Source: an uncultured Synechococcus sp. (lineage in GTDB: Bacteria > Cyanobacteriota > Cyanobacteriia > PCC-6307 > Cyanobiaceae). Taken from it: a DNA stretch of 54,984 bases. The stretch is taken from NCBI GenBank assembly GCA_963990675.1, contig CAXDNN010000001.1, positions 1-54,984 on the forward strand. Reading direction: 5' to 3'. Below the pieces are notes generated by a model. That model did no database searches, was not told the DNA's origin, and was given only the letters and a program-made list of their open reading frames with translations. The translations under genes were made by a program, and so were the position numbers. This document shows positions 8,526 to 18,593 of the stretch, in pieces. Each line of letters starts with the position of its first letter. The stretch's first letter is position 1.

Positions 8526-9843
8526 GTTTGCGCCGAAGCGCCTGTTCAGGCCCACTACTGGCCAACCAGATCACAGAGGGGGGTGGGGTGATCGACAAAC
8601 GCTGGCTCAGGGCACTGCGATCTCCCCATGCAGCCACGGGGGCAGAGATTTGACCCATCTGCTGCTCCATCCGATCACTGAGGTTGAGCAAGCGTGCCCG
8701 GGGGCTGTAACGCTCAGGCAAACCATCCGTTTGACGGCTCACCATCCGGAACTGATCCTGTTCTCGCACCCCGCCCAATCCCGGATCGAGTTCAGCAAAC
8801 CCTGGCCCCCACCAGCTACAGATCACAATCACCAACACAGTGCTGGCGAACCAGCGACCCCCGCGATTCAACTGGGCATCACCGAACAAAACCGCCAAGA
8901 CAGGCACAAGAGCCGGAATCAGCACGACGAAATAACGACTGAAGGCAAGGGGCTTGAAGAAGGAGATCAGCACGACCCCAACCACCATCAAGGCCGATGG
9001 GATCACACCACTCCGATCCAACAAATCAGCATCGAACCAACGCACGGGCTTCAGACCACCCCAACGACGCAGGATCACAAGCGTGAGCAGCAGCAAGGCC
9101 AACTTGGGCAGGGGCCACACGCCAAGCCCACGGGCCAAGGTGTCCTCCAACAAGGCAAAGCTCGGACCACCAATCCAGCTGCCGGCCTTGGAACTGAAGA
9201 GATAGTCCGAGGCATAGCCCATCCAGGCCAGGGCTGGGATCGCCCCCAAGCCAGCGGCCAACGACAAATCCCAGCGACGGCGCCAGCTGTCCCAAGCTCC
9301 AGCAGCCAACATCAAAAAGAGACCATAAAAATGGGTCAATGAGGCAAGGGCTATGGCGGTGGCATAGGGCACACAACGGCCTTGGTTGCGCCACCACCAA
9401 GCCAATGCCACAAACAGCACCAACAGCGCATAGCTCTTGCCTTCAATGGAAAAACGGATGGGGAAAGGGCTACAAAACGCCATCAGTGCTGCAAGGGGCA
9501 TGGTCCAGCCCAGGCGCTGATGCGCAGCCAATGCCCTTGCTTGAGCCACCATCACAACTCCCCCCACCCCGTAGGCAAGCCACGACAGCAACCGCAACGT
9601 GATCGGGCTTTGACCCACCAGTTGGCCCCAGCCCCAAAGCAAGCCGTAATACAGGGGCGGATGGGTGTCGTGGCGGAGCATCGCGAGCAAAGCCAACGGA
9701 CTGGCTTGAAAACTCTTACCCACGCTGTACAACTCGTCGCTCCAGAGCGCCGTGGCGTCGATGAGCCAGAGAGCCTTCAAGGCAAACCCTGTACACACCA
9801 CAGCGATAACCAGGAGAATCGAAGCGGAACGGGACCCATTCAT
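8404..9843 (-). CDS. Polytopic membrane glycosyltransferase, GT-C fold (ArnT/PMT-like)
   Basis: LWSDELYS and HDTHPPLYY motifs, EGKSYAL, LTHFYG, many TM helices. ATG at 9843 overlaps the cca stop. Confidence 0.72.
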   Translation of the reverse strand: MNGSRSASILLVIAVVCTGFALKALWLIDATALWSDELYSVGKSFQASPLALLAMLRHDTHPPLYYGLLWGWGQLVGQSPITLRLLSWLAYGVGGVVMVAQARALAAHQRLGWTMPLAALMAFCSPFPIRFSIEGKSYALLVLFVALAWWWRNQGRCVPYATAIALASLTHFYGLFLMLAAGAWDSWRRRWDLSLAAGLGAIPALAWMGYASDYLFSSKAGSWIGGPSFALLEDTLARGLGVWPLPKLALLLLTLVILRRWGGLKPVRWFDADLLDRSGVIPSALMVVGVVLISFFKPLAFSRYFVVLIPALVPVLAVLFGDAQLNRGGRWFASTVLVIVICSWWGPGFAELDPGLGGVREQDQFRMVSRQTDGLPERYSPRARLLNLSDRMEQQMGQISAPVAAWGDRSALSQRLSITPPPSVIWLASSGPEQALRRKLKPMQQEVEQVGYRCVDRSKGLSHGRILQCQLGSKLNPSL

Positions 9844-11054
9844 CGGCTTCGCTTCAACGTCTCCAGGCGTAGACGCTGCAACTCCTCGCCTAATCCAGGT
9901 CCGGACGACCAACCCTCAGCGATGAGATCACGAGCGCTTCTGGGCGATTTCAGATGTCGCCAACGCCCCCACCAGCGCAACAACGGCTTCCATTGCTGAG
10001 GTTGCAAGCAAACCATGAAGGCCACTGTTTCTGGCATCCAGCCCTGGGTCTCCAGGGCGGCAGTCCAAATATCTGGGGCCGCATGAATGTCAGGTGCATC
10101 TGCGGACAACAACCAATCCCGAAGCTGATGGAGCTGTTTGAGCCATCGCTGCTGTTGACCAGGAACACCCAAGCGACAGGCAATCGCCTCAGGATCCGGT
10201 GCACCGGCTAACCAGGCCGGTAACAAGGGAAGTCCAAGACGTTGCGCCCAAGCAATGCGACGGTTTCGACCTCTGTCGTGCTGCAAGGACGGATCCAACA
10301 ACGCCATCGCCTGCCACTCCTCTAAACAATCGAGTGCCGCAGCCCAAGGCTCAGCCTCAAACAAACGATCGAGCTCCATTCGCAGGCGATTCGCCAATGC
10401 CGGTGGAGCCTGATCAGGTGTGTCGTCCGCGTGCCACGACCAAGGCCAACGCCGCACGGTGGCGGTCACTTGCTGCAGCGCCTCCGGCGACAAGACAAAG
10501 CCCAACCGCGCCGCATAACGGCTGGCACGAATCACACGCGTGGGGTCATCAGAGACGCTCTCGTCATGGAGAAACACCAAACGACGGTCGGCCAAATCTT
10601 GCTGACCTCGGTGCGGATCGATGAGCTGTCCACACAGCAAATCCTGAGCCATCGCGTTCACCGTGAAATCGCGACGCACCAGGTCAGAGTCCAACGAGCC
10701 GGGTTCAACAACAGGGTTCTCGCCTGGCACGGGGTATGTCTCCCGTCGAGCCATCGCGAAATCCAAGGCCACGCCATCGAGACGCAACGACACCGTGCCA
10801 AAGCTCCCGTAGCTCTGAAGTTCCGTTACCCGTTTCGTTCCACACCGTTTCACCAGCTCCATGGCCAGGCCCATGGCATCACCCTCAAGAACCCAATCCA
10901 AATCAGGCACACCAGTCCAAGCTCGGCCATGGCACTCATGGAGCAGGCCATCCCGCACAGCACCACCAACCATCGCCAACCGCGTCACACCTGCACCCAC
11001 CGCCGCCGCTCGCAACTCAGCCAGCACAGATGACGGCACACCGGTCAGGTTCAT
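9840..11054 (-). CDS. cca: tRNA nucleotidyltransferase (class II, CCA- or A-adding)
   Basis: VGGAVRD, DLD, DLVRRDFTVNAM, DDPTRVIRASRY motifs. Confidence 0.9.
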   Translation of the reverse strand: MNLTGVPSSVLAELRAAAVGAGVTRLAMVGGAVRDGLLHECHGRAWTGVPDLDWVLEGDAMGLAMELVKRCGTKRVTELQSYGSFGTVSLRLDGVALDFAMARRETYPVPGENPVVEPGSLDSDLVRRDFTVNAMAQDLLCGQLIDPHRGQQDLADRRLVFLHDESVSDDPTRVIRASRYAARLGFVLSPEALQQVTATVRRWPWSWHADDTPDQAPPALANRLRMELDRLFEAEPWAAALDCLEEWQAMALLDPSLQHDRGRNRRIAWAQRLGLPLLPAWLAGAPDPEAIACRLGVPGQQQRWLKQLHQLRDWLLSADAPDIHAAPDIWTAALETQGWMPETVAFMVCLQPQQWKPLLRWWGRWRHLKSPRSARDLIAEGWSSGPGLGEELQRLRLETLKRSR

Positions 11055-11099
11055 CGCATGGCGTGCATGACAATGGGCCGATCATCGTGGATCTCGGTC

Positions 11100-12086
11100 T
11101 TGTCTGCTCTGACCCGTTGCCTGCAAGAGGAAGCCTCAGCCATCGCCACTGCAGCACAACGACTCAGCAGTGAACAGGTTGAGGCCGCGATTCAACTGCT
11201 CGAACATTGCGCTGATCGAAAAGCCAAGCTGGTGATCACTGGAGTGGGCAAAAGCGGCATCGTGGCTCGAAAAATCGCCGCCACGTTTTCATCCATTGGT
11301 TTGATGGCGTTGTATCTCAACCCCCTTGATGCTCTGCACGGAGATCTGGGTGTTGTGGCACCAGAAGATGTTTGTTTAATGCTCTCCAACAGTGGCGAAA
11401 CCACGGAGTTGCTTGAAGTTCTGCCCCACCTCAAACGACGGGGCACTGGCCGCATCGCCATTGTGGGCCGAGCTGACTCATCCCTCGGACGGGGCAGCGA
11501 TGTCGTGCTGGAGGCCAGCGTCGACCGCGAAGTGTGTCCGCTCAATTTGGCACCAACCGCCAGCACCGCTGTTGCCATGGCCATTGGCGACGCACTGGCA
11601 GCGGTCTGGATGGAGCGTCGCGGCATCTCGCCGGCTGATTTCGCCCTCAATCACCCTGCCGGCTCCCTGGGCAAACAACTCACCATGACTGCGGCAGACC
11701 TGATGGTTCCCGTGAGCAAATTGCACCCCCTTCAACCGGATACATCCCTTCCTGAGGTGATCGGCGGATTAACCCGAGATGGGATCGGCAGCGGCTGGGT
11801 CGAAGACCCCACCTCTCCGGGTTCTCTTATGGGAATCCTCACGGATGGAGACCTACGACGAGCCCTACAAGACCACAGCGCGAACACCTGGAGCTCGCTG
11901 ACGGCCGCCGATCTGATGACGGCCGACCCGATCACAGTCCGTTCTGATGTGCTGGTGGTAAAGGCCCTCGAGCAGATGGAGAACAACCGTCGCAAAGCGA
12001 TTTCTGTGCTCCCTGTCGTCGGGGACAACAAACAGCTCATGGGTCTGTTGCGTCTCCACGATCTCGTGCAAGCAGGCCTGGCATGA
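11100..12086 (+). CDS. kdsD: Arabinose-5-phosphate isomerase (KpsF/GutQ family, SIS + 2 CBS domains)
   Basis: GVGKSG, ALHGDLG, SNSGET, LAPTAST, HPAGSLG, TDGDLRR. TTG at 11100 chosen because upstream ATGs (from 11058) crowd the divergent cca start. Confidence 0.93.
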   Translation: MSALTRCLQEEASAIATAAQRLSSEQVEAAIQLLEHCADRKAKLVITGVGKSGIVARKIAATFSSIGLMALYLNPLDALHGDLGVVAPEDVCLMLSNSGETTELLEVLPHLKRRGTGRIAIVGRADSSLGRGSDVVLEASVDREVCPLNLAPTASTAVAMAIGDALAAVWMERRGISPADFALNHPAGSLGKQLTMTAADLMVPVSKLHPLQPDTSLPEVIGGLTRDGIGSGWVEDPTSPGSLMGILTDGDLRRALQDHSANTWSSLTAADLMTADPITVRSDVLVVKALEQMENNRRKAISVLPVVGDNKQLMGLLRLHDLVQAGLA

Positions 12087-12634
12087 GGAGATGGCGCTGG
12101 TGGAGGCTCGGAAAGCGACTCAGACAGATCAAATTGCTGGTGCTCGATGTCGACGGCGTACTCACGGATGGAGGGCTTTGGTTTGATGCGACCGGGCAGC
12201 TGATCAAACGGTTTGATGTGCGGGACGGTCTCGGGATTCGCTTGCTGCAACAGGCAGGAGTCGACATCGCATTCCTCAGTGGTGGTCAAGGGGGTGCAAC
12301 TGAGGTGAGGGCACGCCAGCTAGGAATCCATCACTGTCTCGTGGGTATCAAAGACAAACCTGAGGCGCTGCTCCAGCTCCAACAACGACTGGGGATCGAC
12401 ATTGCCGAAACAGCCTTCGTCGGCGACGACCTCAATGACTTAGCCGTGCGGCCGGTTGTTGGACTCCTGATTGCTCCAGCCGATGCCTGCATGCCGGTGC
12501 GGAAAGGAGCCCATGCTGTTTTGCGGAAACGAGGAGGCCACGGCGCCGTTCGGGAACTGGCAGAAACGATCCTTCAAGCGCGTGGGCACTGGCAAAGGCT
12601 GAAGCGCGATGGGTGGCGCGATCGGAATGACTGA
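12083..12634 (+). CDS. kdsC: Kdo-8-phosphate phosphatase (HAD family)
   Basis: DVDGVLTDG, FDVRDGLGI, GDDLND, GGHGAVRE. Confidence 0.93.
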   Translation: MRRWRWWRLGKRLRQIKLLVLDVDGVLTDGGLWFDATGQLIKRFDVRDGLGIRLLQQAGVDIAFLSGGQGGATEVRARQLGIHHCLVGIKDKPEALLQLQQRLGIDIAETAFVGDDLNDLAVRPVVGLLIAPADACMPVRKGAHAVLRKRGGHGAVRELAETILQARGHWQRLKRDGWRDRND

Positions 12635-13466
12635 ACGCAACGGGACATTCGTTCTGGGGCTTGGGGCCCAAAAAGCTGGCTCTTCCTGGCTTCACGCCCA
12701 ACTCAACCGTCGCCGAGATGCGGAATTTGGTTTTCTGAAGGAATATCACATTCACGATGCACTCACCCTGCCGGAGGCGGGCTTCAGCAACCGACGCCAG
12801 CGTTCTCTGATCAAACCGCGCACCTGGCGACGCCAGCGATTCATCGCTCAACCTCAGCGGTATTACGACTATTTCGCCAGCCTCTTGAGGCGACCGGGGA
12901 TCCAACTCACTGGCGACATCACACCGTCGTACAGCGCATTAGATCCAGAAACCCTGAGGGCTATAAAGGCTGGTTTTTCAGAACGTGAGATCCGAATCCG
13001 TCCAATTTTCTTGATGCGCGATCCGATCGAACGCATCATCTCTTACCAGCGCATGCAGCTGCGCAAACAAAACCAGCTCAACGGCAAAACAGAGGTAGAA
13101 GCACTACGTCAACTGTGTATTGAGCGGCCAGTGAGAGTTACGCTCCGCAGCGATTATGGCCACACCCTGATGGCTCTTACTCAGGTGTTTGAACCCAGTG
13201 AGTGCTTTATCGACCTATACGAACGATTGTTCACACCAGCAAGTTGGAAACGCCTTTGCGACGTTTTAAAGGTTCCATATGAAGAACCCAATTGGGGACA
13301 ACAGGTGAACGTCAGTCGAACCGACACGTCGATTCCTGACGAGATTCTGGCTGAACTCGGGGATTGGCAAGCCCCCACCATGGCTGCTGTGCGCCAAACC
13401 ATGGGCCATCTAGACCTTGCCCAGCTCTGGCCACTCGCCCATCGCTGGTGCAAAGAATTCAGCTAA
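12627..13466 (+). CDS. Sulfotransferase-like protein
   Basis: GAQKAGSSW (5'-PSB loop), KEYH, DITPSY, MRDPIERIIS (3'-PB motif). Confidence 0.8.
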   Translation: MTERNGTFVLGLGAQKAGSSWLHAQLNRRRDAEFGFLKEYHIHDALTLPEAGFSNRRQRSLIKPRTWRRQRFIAQPQRYYDYFASLLRRPGIQLTGDITPSYSALDPETLRAIKAGFSEREIRIRPIFLMRDPIERIISYQRMQLRKQNQLNGKTEVEALRQLCIERPVRVTLRSDYGHTLMALTQVFEPSECFIDLYERLFTPASWKRLCDVLKVPYEEPNWGQQVNVSRTDTSIPDEILAELGDWQAPTMAAVRQTMGHLDLAQLWPLAHRWCKEFS

Positions 13467-13467
13467 A

Positions 13468-14247
13468 TCAAACCATCGCGCGGGCTTGTTCCAGCTGTTC
13501 CGCGGTGTCCACTGATAGGGAGGTTCCCTGAACTTCAAACGTGGCGATGGTGAGGCCAGCCTCGATCAAACGGAGCTGCTCGAGACGTTCCAAATCTTCG
13601 AGAGGTGATGCTGGGAGTTGACCCCAGCCCGCCAACACATCCCCGCGAAAGCCGTACATCCCGACGTGTCCCCAGAAGGTGGTGTGGCGATGCCATTCCG
13701 AAGGATCAACATCACGCACATGGGGAATCGCGGAGCGCGAGAAATACAACGCCCGTCCATCGTGGGCCAAGAGAGTCTTCACCACATTGGGGTTATGAAC
13801 CGTCTCTGGCTTCAAGCCATACACAGGAGTCACGACCGCGGGGACGGGGTCAAGTCGGCGAAACTCGGCGGCCATCGCATCAATCACCTTGGGTTCGATA
13901 AACGGTTGATCCCCCTGAACATTGATTACAGCAGTTTGCTCTGCCGCCGGCGTTGCATCACCCCAGGCAAGAGCCATCAATGAGTCGGCCACCGAGGCAA
14001 TTCTGTCGCTGCCGGAGCTACAAGATTCAGCCGTCATTAAGACGGGGAATCCCCAAGCCGATGCCCGCTGCCGAAGATTCTGGCTGTCTGTGCAGAGAAC
14101 AACGGTATCGACGGCAGTGGATTCACGACAACGTTCTAGAACCCTCTGAATCATTGGCTTCCCACCGATATCGGCCAGCACCTTGTTGGGCAAGCGCGAC
14201 GATTGCAAACGGGCCGGAACAGCGACTACACATTTCCGAATTGCCAT
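13468..14247 (-). CDS. kdsB: CMP-Kdo synthetase (3-deoxy-manno-octulosonate cytidylyltransferase)
   Basis: PARLQSSRLPNKVL, SGSDR, NVQGDQP, ALYFSRSAIP, LERLEQLR, SVDT. Confidence 0.95.
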   Translation of the reverse strand: MAIRKCVVAVPARLQSSRLPNKVLADIGGKPMIQRVLERCRESTAVDTVVLCTDSQNLRQRASAWGFPVLMTAESCSSGSDRIASVADSLMALAWGDATPAAEQTAVINVQGDQPFIEPKVIDAMAAEFRRLDPVPAVVTPVYGLKPETVHNPNVVKTLLAHDGRALYFSRSAIPHVRDVDPSEWHRHTTFWGHVGMYGFRGDVLAGWGQLPASPLEDLERLEQLRLIEAGLTIATFEVQGTSLSVDTAEQLEQARAMV

Positions 14248-14957
14248 TAATCCCAAAGCTTGATTGCTTCATCACGGGCAGCAAACCATTCAGCCGCCAA
14301 AGGCCCTCCCATGGTGCGCTGTTCGCGAAACCAAGGGCCACCGAGGGTCCAGTGCAACATGGGCGCCTTCTCCTCCTGCTCTTGAGGGCGTTGCACATCC
14401 ACCAGATGATTCCATCCCCCCTCAATGGCTCCGATCTCGTGATCACCCTCCAACCAATGGAAACGATGCAGTTCCAAACCCGAAGCCGTATTGACGTAAT
14501 CCAGGGTGAGATTCGTACAGCGGCTGCAGTTCAACATCATCAATGAACTCCAATTCTTCTTCGGATAGGCGCTCTGCACTTCGCCAAGGAACTTCACCGT
14601 TTCTCCAGGCACATGCTCATGTTGAACACACATGGCACTAAAGCGATCATCACGCTGATCCCACAAAGCCTTGATGTCGGCTCGGCAGAGCATGTCGCAA
14701 TCCATAAACATCGCCCAGCCCTGATACCCCATCAGATACGGCACTAGGAACCGCGTGAAAGAAAACGCGGTGCTCTGCTTGGGATCCCGTTCACGCTGGA
14801 ACAACCCCTGGTTTTCCAACTGCGGGGTCACCAAGGGTGTGATCGCAAGCGGCACACTGCTGTGCTGATACAAGCTGTCAATCAGTACGTTGGTAGCAGC
14901 ACGCTCACGCGGGTCGTAGCCGATAAAAATCCGAATCGGCTGGTAGACGGTCGACAC
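14247..14957 (-). CDS. GT-A fold glycosyltransferase (GT8-related IFIGYDPRE type)
   Basis: IRIFIGYDPRE, STAFSFTRFLVP, FMDCDML (DxD), KNWSS, HWTLGGPW. The GTG start is approximate. Confidence 0.78.
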   Translation of the reverse strand: MSTVYQPIRIFIGYDPRERAATNVLIDSLYQHSSVPLAITPLVTPQLENQGLFQRERDPKQSTAFSFTRFLVPYLMGYQGWAMFMDCDMLCRADIKALWDQRDDRFSAMCVQHEHVPGETVKFLGEVQSAYPKKNWSSLMMLNCSRCTNLTLDYVNTASGLELHRFHWLEGDHEIGAIEGGWNHLVDVQRPQEQEEKAPMLHWTLGGPWFREQRTMGGPLAAEWFAARDEAIKLWD

Positions 14958-14982
14958 GGATAGTTGATTACTAACTGAGAGA

Positions 14983-15864
14983 TTAAGCCGCTGGCCAGCC
15001 CTCGCCGAGCAATCCATGGCTGTAAACAAGACGGCGATTCATCGCAGCCACAAACGGAAGCAGAGGCGCCACGCGCAATGAAAGGGCTGTGGAGGTGAGC
15101 CAGGCACCGTCGTAGCGAATGGCATGGCTATCAACAGGCTTAGCAAGCATTGGATTTCCTAAAAGGATATGACTCCTTGAATTCAAACCAGGCTGAAGCA
15201 TTAATGGATCGAAGGCAATATCTAGCCAATCACATAATTTCCTCAAGGCGACTTCCGGCTGAAGTGCTAATTCTTCATAACCAAGATTAAAAATAGGATG
15301 GCCAGAATCTTGAAGAATCTTTTCAGTTCGACGATTGACTCTCCACCACCGCAAAAGTGAACGCCATCCAACAGTGACACCACGACCATAGCGTGTAACG
15401 CCACGACGAGCCTCGTTGTGCGACCAAGAGCGTACGTCCCGAACGAGATAAACGATACGCACAGGAATCCCTAAATTATCTGCATTGATTAACTGTTGAT
15501 CTGATTGAAATGACTCTACCAACCAACTAGTAGATGAACAGATAAGAGGTTCAATTAAACGATTAAACTTTTCAATCAATGGTCGATCATCGTGAACTCT
15601 CAACCAAGAGAGAATTGGTCCCCAGACCGGACAATTGCCGGCAGAAGCACCACATGTACAAGGCAACTCAAAACATAAATCACTTCGCAACTCTCTTGGA
15701 GCTTGACGAGTCTCTTCTGGCAATGGTTTATCCAAAACCCTAACCGCTTCTCCAAGACCTACAACATTGGGATGAGCTCCAAGTGCAAGGTCCAAAATTG
15801 TGCTGCCACTATGACCTAAACCCCTAATTAGCAAGAGACCTGTCGGACCAGAAACATCATTCAT
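14983..15864 (-). CDS. Sulfotransferase-like protein
   Basis: GLGHSGSTIL...LGAHP..VGLGE, LVRDVRSW, YEELALQPE..LRKLCDWL. Confidence 0.75.
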   Translation of the reverse strand: MNDVSGPTGLLLIRGLGHSGSTILDLALGAHPNVVGLGEAVRVLDKPLPEETRQAPRELRSDLCFELPCTCGASAGNCPVWGPILSWLRVHDDRPLIEKFNRLIEPLICSSTSWLVESFQSDQQLINADNLGIPVRIVYLVRDVRSWSHNEARRGVTRYGRGVTVGWRSLLRWWRVNRRTEKILQDSGHPIFNLGYEELALQPEVALRKLCDWLDIAFDPLMLQPGLNSRSHILLGNPMLAKPVDSHAIRYDGAWLTSTALSLRVAPLLPFVAAMNRRLVYSHGLLGEGWPAA

Positions 15865-18253
15865 TACTGGCTATGAATAATTCAATAGGGGCAAGACGCG
15901 GGTCCAGGATTTTTGGTCCCATCCCTACGAATTTAACGGCAATAGATACCTTTTCCCCACTGCCAAAGGTATGGGTGATCTCTCCAAGACCAAAACTGGA
16001 ATGGGTGACCTTATCTCCCACAGTCCAACTGCGGCCGGGGGCTGGGCCGGCCTGACGACGACGCACAGCGTTCGCAGGGGCCGATGAGGGTTGATCACGA
16101 TCAACCCGTGTGAGCCGATCCAAGCGGCGTTCGCGTCGTAGGGCCGCACCGCCAGTTTGCGGTAGATCACCCTGCACTAGAGCCTCAGGCAATTCCGAGA
16201 GGAACACGGACGGCACGGCCGCCTCGCGCATGCCACCCCAAAGACGACGCTCGCTGGCGTGAGACAGGAAAAGACGCTCTTTGGCGCGGGTGATTCCGAC
16301 ATAACAAAGCCGCCGTTCCTCCTCCAGAGACGCAGGGTCGTCCAAGGAGCGGTAACTCGGGAAGAGCCCCTGCTCTAACCCCACAAGGCAGACCACCGGA
16401 AACTCCAAACCTTTGCTGCTATGCAGGGTCATTAAGGTGACTCGATCCGCTGCAGTGTCCTTGTTATCGGCATCGCTCGAAAGCGCAGCAGAAGCCAAAA
16501 ATCCCTCCAAATTGCCGTCGTCGTTCTCCTCCTGGTATTGCAAGGCCGCATTCACGAGTTCTTGAAGATTGCGACGGCGTTCCTCGGCTTCGTCGGTTCC
16601 CTCTGTGATCAACTCACGCACATACCCACTTTTTTCCATCACCTGCTGGAGCAGCTCCGATGGTGCTGCCGTCTGCACCTGAGTTTTCAGATCATTGACG
16701 AGCTCGCAAAATTGCAGCAATCCTTTGGCCGAACGTCCACCGAGCGAACGCACCGCTTCTGGATCACTCACCACATCCCAAAGGGGAATACCGAGCTGGT
16801 TCGCCGCATCGGTGAGGCGCTGGATGGTGGTTTTACCAATTCCACGCTTGGGCACATTGATGACCCGCAGCAGGCTGACGGTGTCGGCAGGATTCACGAG
16901 AAGGCGCAAGTACGCCAACAAATCCTTGATCTCACGGCGGTCGTAAAAGCGAAGCCCGCCCACCACGATGTAGGGAATTCCCCAGCGCACCAACGATTCC
17001 TCCATAGCCCGCGACTGGGCATTCGTGCGATAGAGCACCGCCATATCACCCCAGCTGAGATCTGGGTTCGCGGCTTCCATCATTCGCAGGCGATGAACCA
17101 CCGCCTCTGCCTCAGCAATTTCGTCGTCACAACGGGTGAGGGTGATCAGCTCCCCTTCGCCTCGGGTGGGGCGGAGCACCTTGTCGATTCGCTCGCTGTT
17201 GTTCGAGATCAAAGCATTCGCCGCCTCGAGGATCGTTGCCGTCGAGCGGTAGTTCTCCTCGAGCTTCACCATCGTGCGCGTGGCGTCATCCGACGCCTGG
17301 TCACCGAAATCGTCCTGAAAGCCCATCAGGATCGTGAAGTCAGCGGCACGGAAGCTATAAATGCTTTGGTCGGCATCCCCGACCACAAAGACCGAACGGC
17401 CAGACCAGTCGTCGTAGGCCTGCGGCTCCTTGCCATCCGTCACCAGCAACTTGATCAGGTCGTACTGGGTGCGGTTGGTGTCTTGATATTCGTCCACCAG
17501 CACATGGCAAAAACGACGATGCCAGTACCGACGCACCTGTTCGTTTTGCTGCAGCAATTGAACCGGTAGCAGCAACAGGTCGTCAAAGTCGAGGGCATTG
17601 TTCGCAGCCAAGGCTTTGCGGTAGCGGCGATAAACATCGGCCGTGAGCTTGCCGCGCTGACCTTCTGCATTCGCTTCGAGCTGATCCGGCAACCAACCCT
17701 GATTTTTGGCATTACTGATTGCCCAGCGCACCTTTTTAGGCTCGAATCGCTTGGGATCCATCTGCAGTTCCTGGGTGACGATCTCCTTCACCAGGCTTTG
17801 GGCGTCGGCTTCGTCGTAGATCGAAAACTGCTTAGTCCAGGTGAGTCCGTCTGGGTCCCGAAATTTGTCGATGTCGAAGCGAAGCATCCGAGCGAACAAC
17901 GCATGAAATGTTCCGATCCAAAGCTCTTTCGTAATCTCCCTATAAATCCGAGATCGCAGCTGCCGCTGTTCTACCGGCGGCAACGTGCTCCAAGGCTGAC
18001 CAAATTGACTCTGGGCCAAGCGTTGAGCCAACAAGAGCTCAAGCCGCTCCTTCATCTCCCGAGCCGCCTTATTGGTGAAGGTGACTGCCAAGATTTGACC
18101 TGGATCTGCTCCGTGCTCACCAATGAGGTGGGCGATGCGATGGGTCAGAGCACGCGTCTTCCCACTCCCGGCACCAGCTACTACCAGCAGAGGCCCTTGG
18201 TGATGATCGACCGCCCGGCGCTGGGCATCGTTGAGACCTGCCAAAAAGCTCAT
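15857..18253 (-). CDS. pcrA: ATP-dependent DNA helicase UvrD/PcrA
   Basis: AGAGSGKT, TFTNKAA, VDEYQDTN, GDADQSIYSFR, LEENYRS, MTLHSSKGLEF, EERRLCYVGITRA. Confidence 0.96.
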   Translation of the reverse strand: MSFLAGLNDAQRRAVDHHQGPLLVVAGAGSGKTRALTHRIAHLIGEHGADPGQILAVTFTNKAAREMKERLELLLAQRLAQSQFGQPWSTLPPVEQRQLRSRIYREITKELWIGTFHALFARMLRFDIDKFRDPDGLTWTKQFSIYDEADAQSLVKEIVTQELQMDPKRFEPKKVRWAISNAKNQGWLPDQLEANAEGQRGKLTADVYRRYRKALAANNALDFDDLLLLPVQLLQQNEQVRRYWHRRFCHVLVDEYQDTNRTQYDLIKLLVTDGKEPQAYDDWSGRSVFVVGDADQSIYSFRAADFTILMGFQDDFGDQASDDATRTMVKLEENYRSTATILEAANALISNNSERIDKVLRPTRGEGELITLTRCDDEIAEAEAVVHRLRMMEAANPDLSWGDMAVLYRTNAQSRAMEESLVRWGIPYIVVGGLRFYDRREIKDLLAYLRLLVNPADTVSLLRVINVPKRGIGKTTIQRLTDAANQLGIPLWDVVSDPEAVRSLGGRSAKGLLQFCELVNDLKTQVQTAAPSELLQQVMEKSGYVRELITEGTDEAEERRRNLQELVNAALQYQEENDDGNLEGFLASAALSSDADNKDTAADRVTLMTLHSSKGLEFPVVCLVGLEQGLFPSYRSLDDPASLEEERRLCYVGITRAKERLFLSHASERRLWGGMREAAVPSVFLSELPEALVQGDLPQTGGAALRRERRLDRLTRVDRDQPSSAPANAVRRRQAGPAPGRSWTVGDKVTHSSFGLGEITHTFGSGEKVSIAVKFVGMGPKILDPRLAPIELFIASNE

Positions 18254-18593
18254 AGACAGAACGTTAGAGCGAGCGAAGCGCAAGAGTGGACTGAGGTACG
18301 TCACCCACTAGACACTCAACTTCAAAGATAATCAATTTAAGAAAATCCGAACCAGTACATATCTACATATCGCCCTAAGACATTTGGAGAATGACAAGTA
18401 ATTTACAGAAGGACAGGACAACGTTAGAGTTCAGGTCGTCCGCACACTAAAAAAGCAAACATAAATTTTTTGAATAAATTTTTACAAAAGAATTAGCTAA
18501 AATGACCTACCAAAAGCTCAGCTTTTAAGCAAACCACGAGTAAATCTTTCAGGAAAATTCCCACACACCACCAAACTTCTTACTATCAAATCA

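Noticed and set aside
16538-17569. Long antisense or alternate-frame ORFs (343 aa opposite pcrA, also 27525-28409, 36444-37361, 39016-39933, 52526-53233)
   Set aside because: Shadows of well-supported genes in GC-rich DNA, with no recognisable motifs
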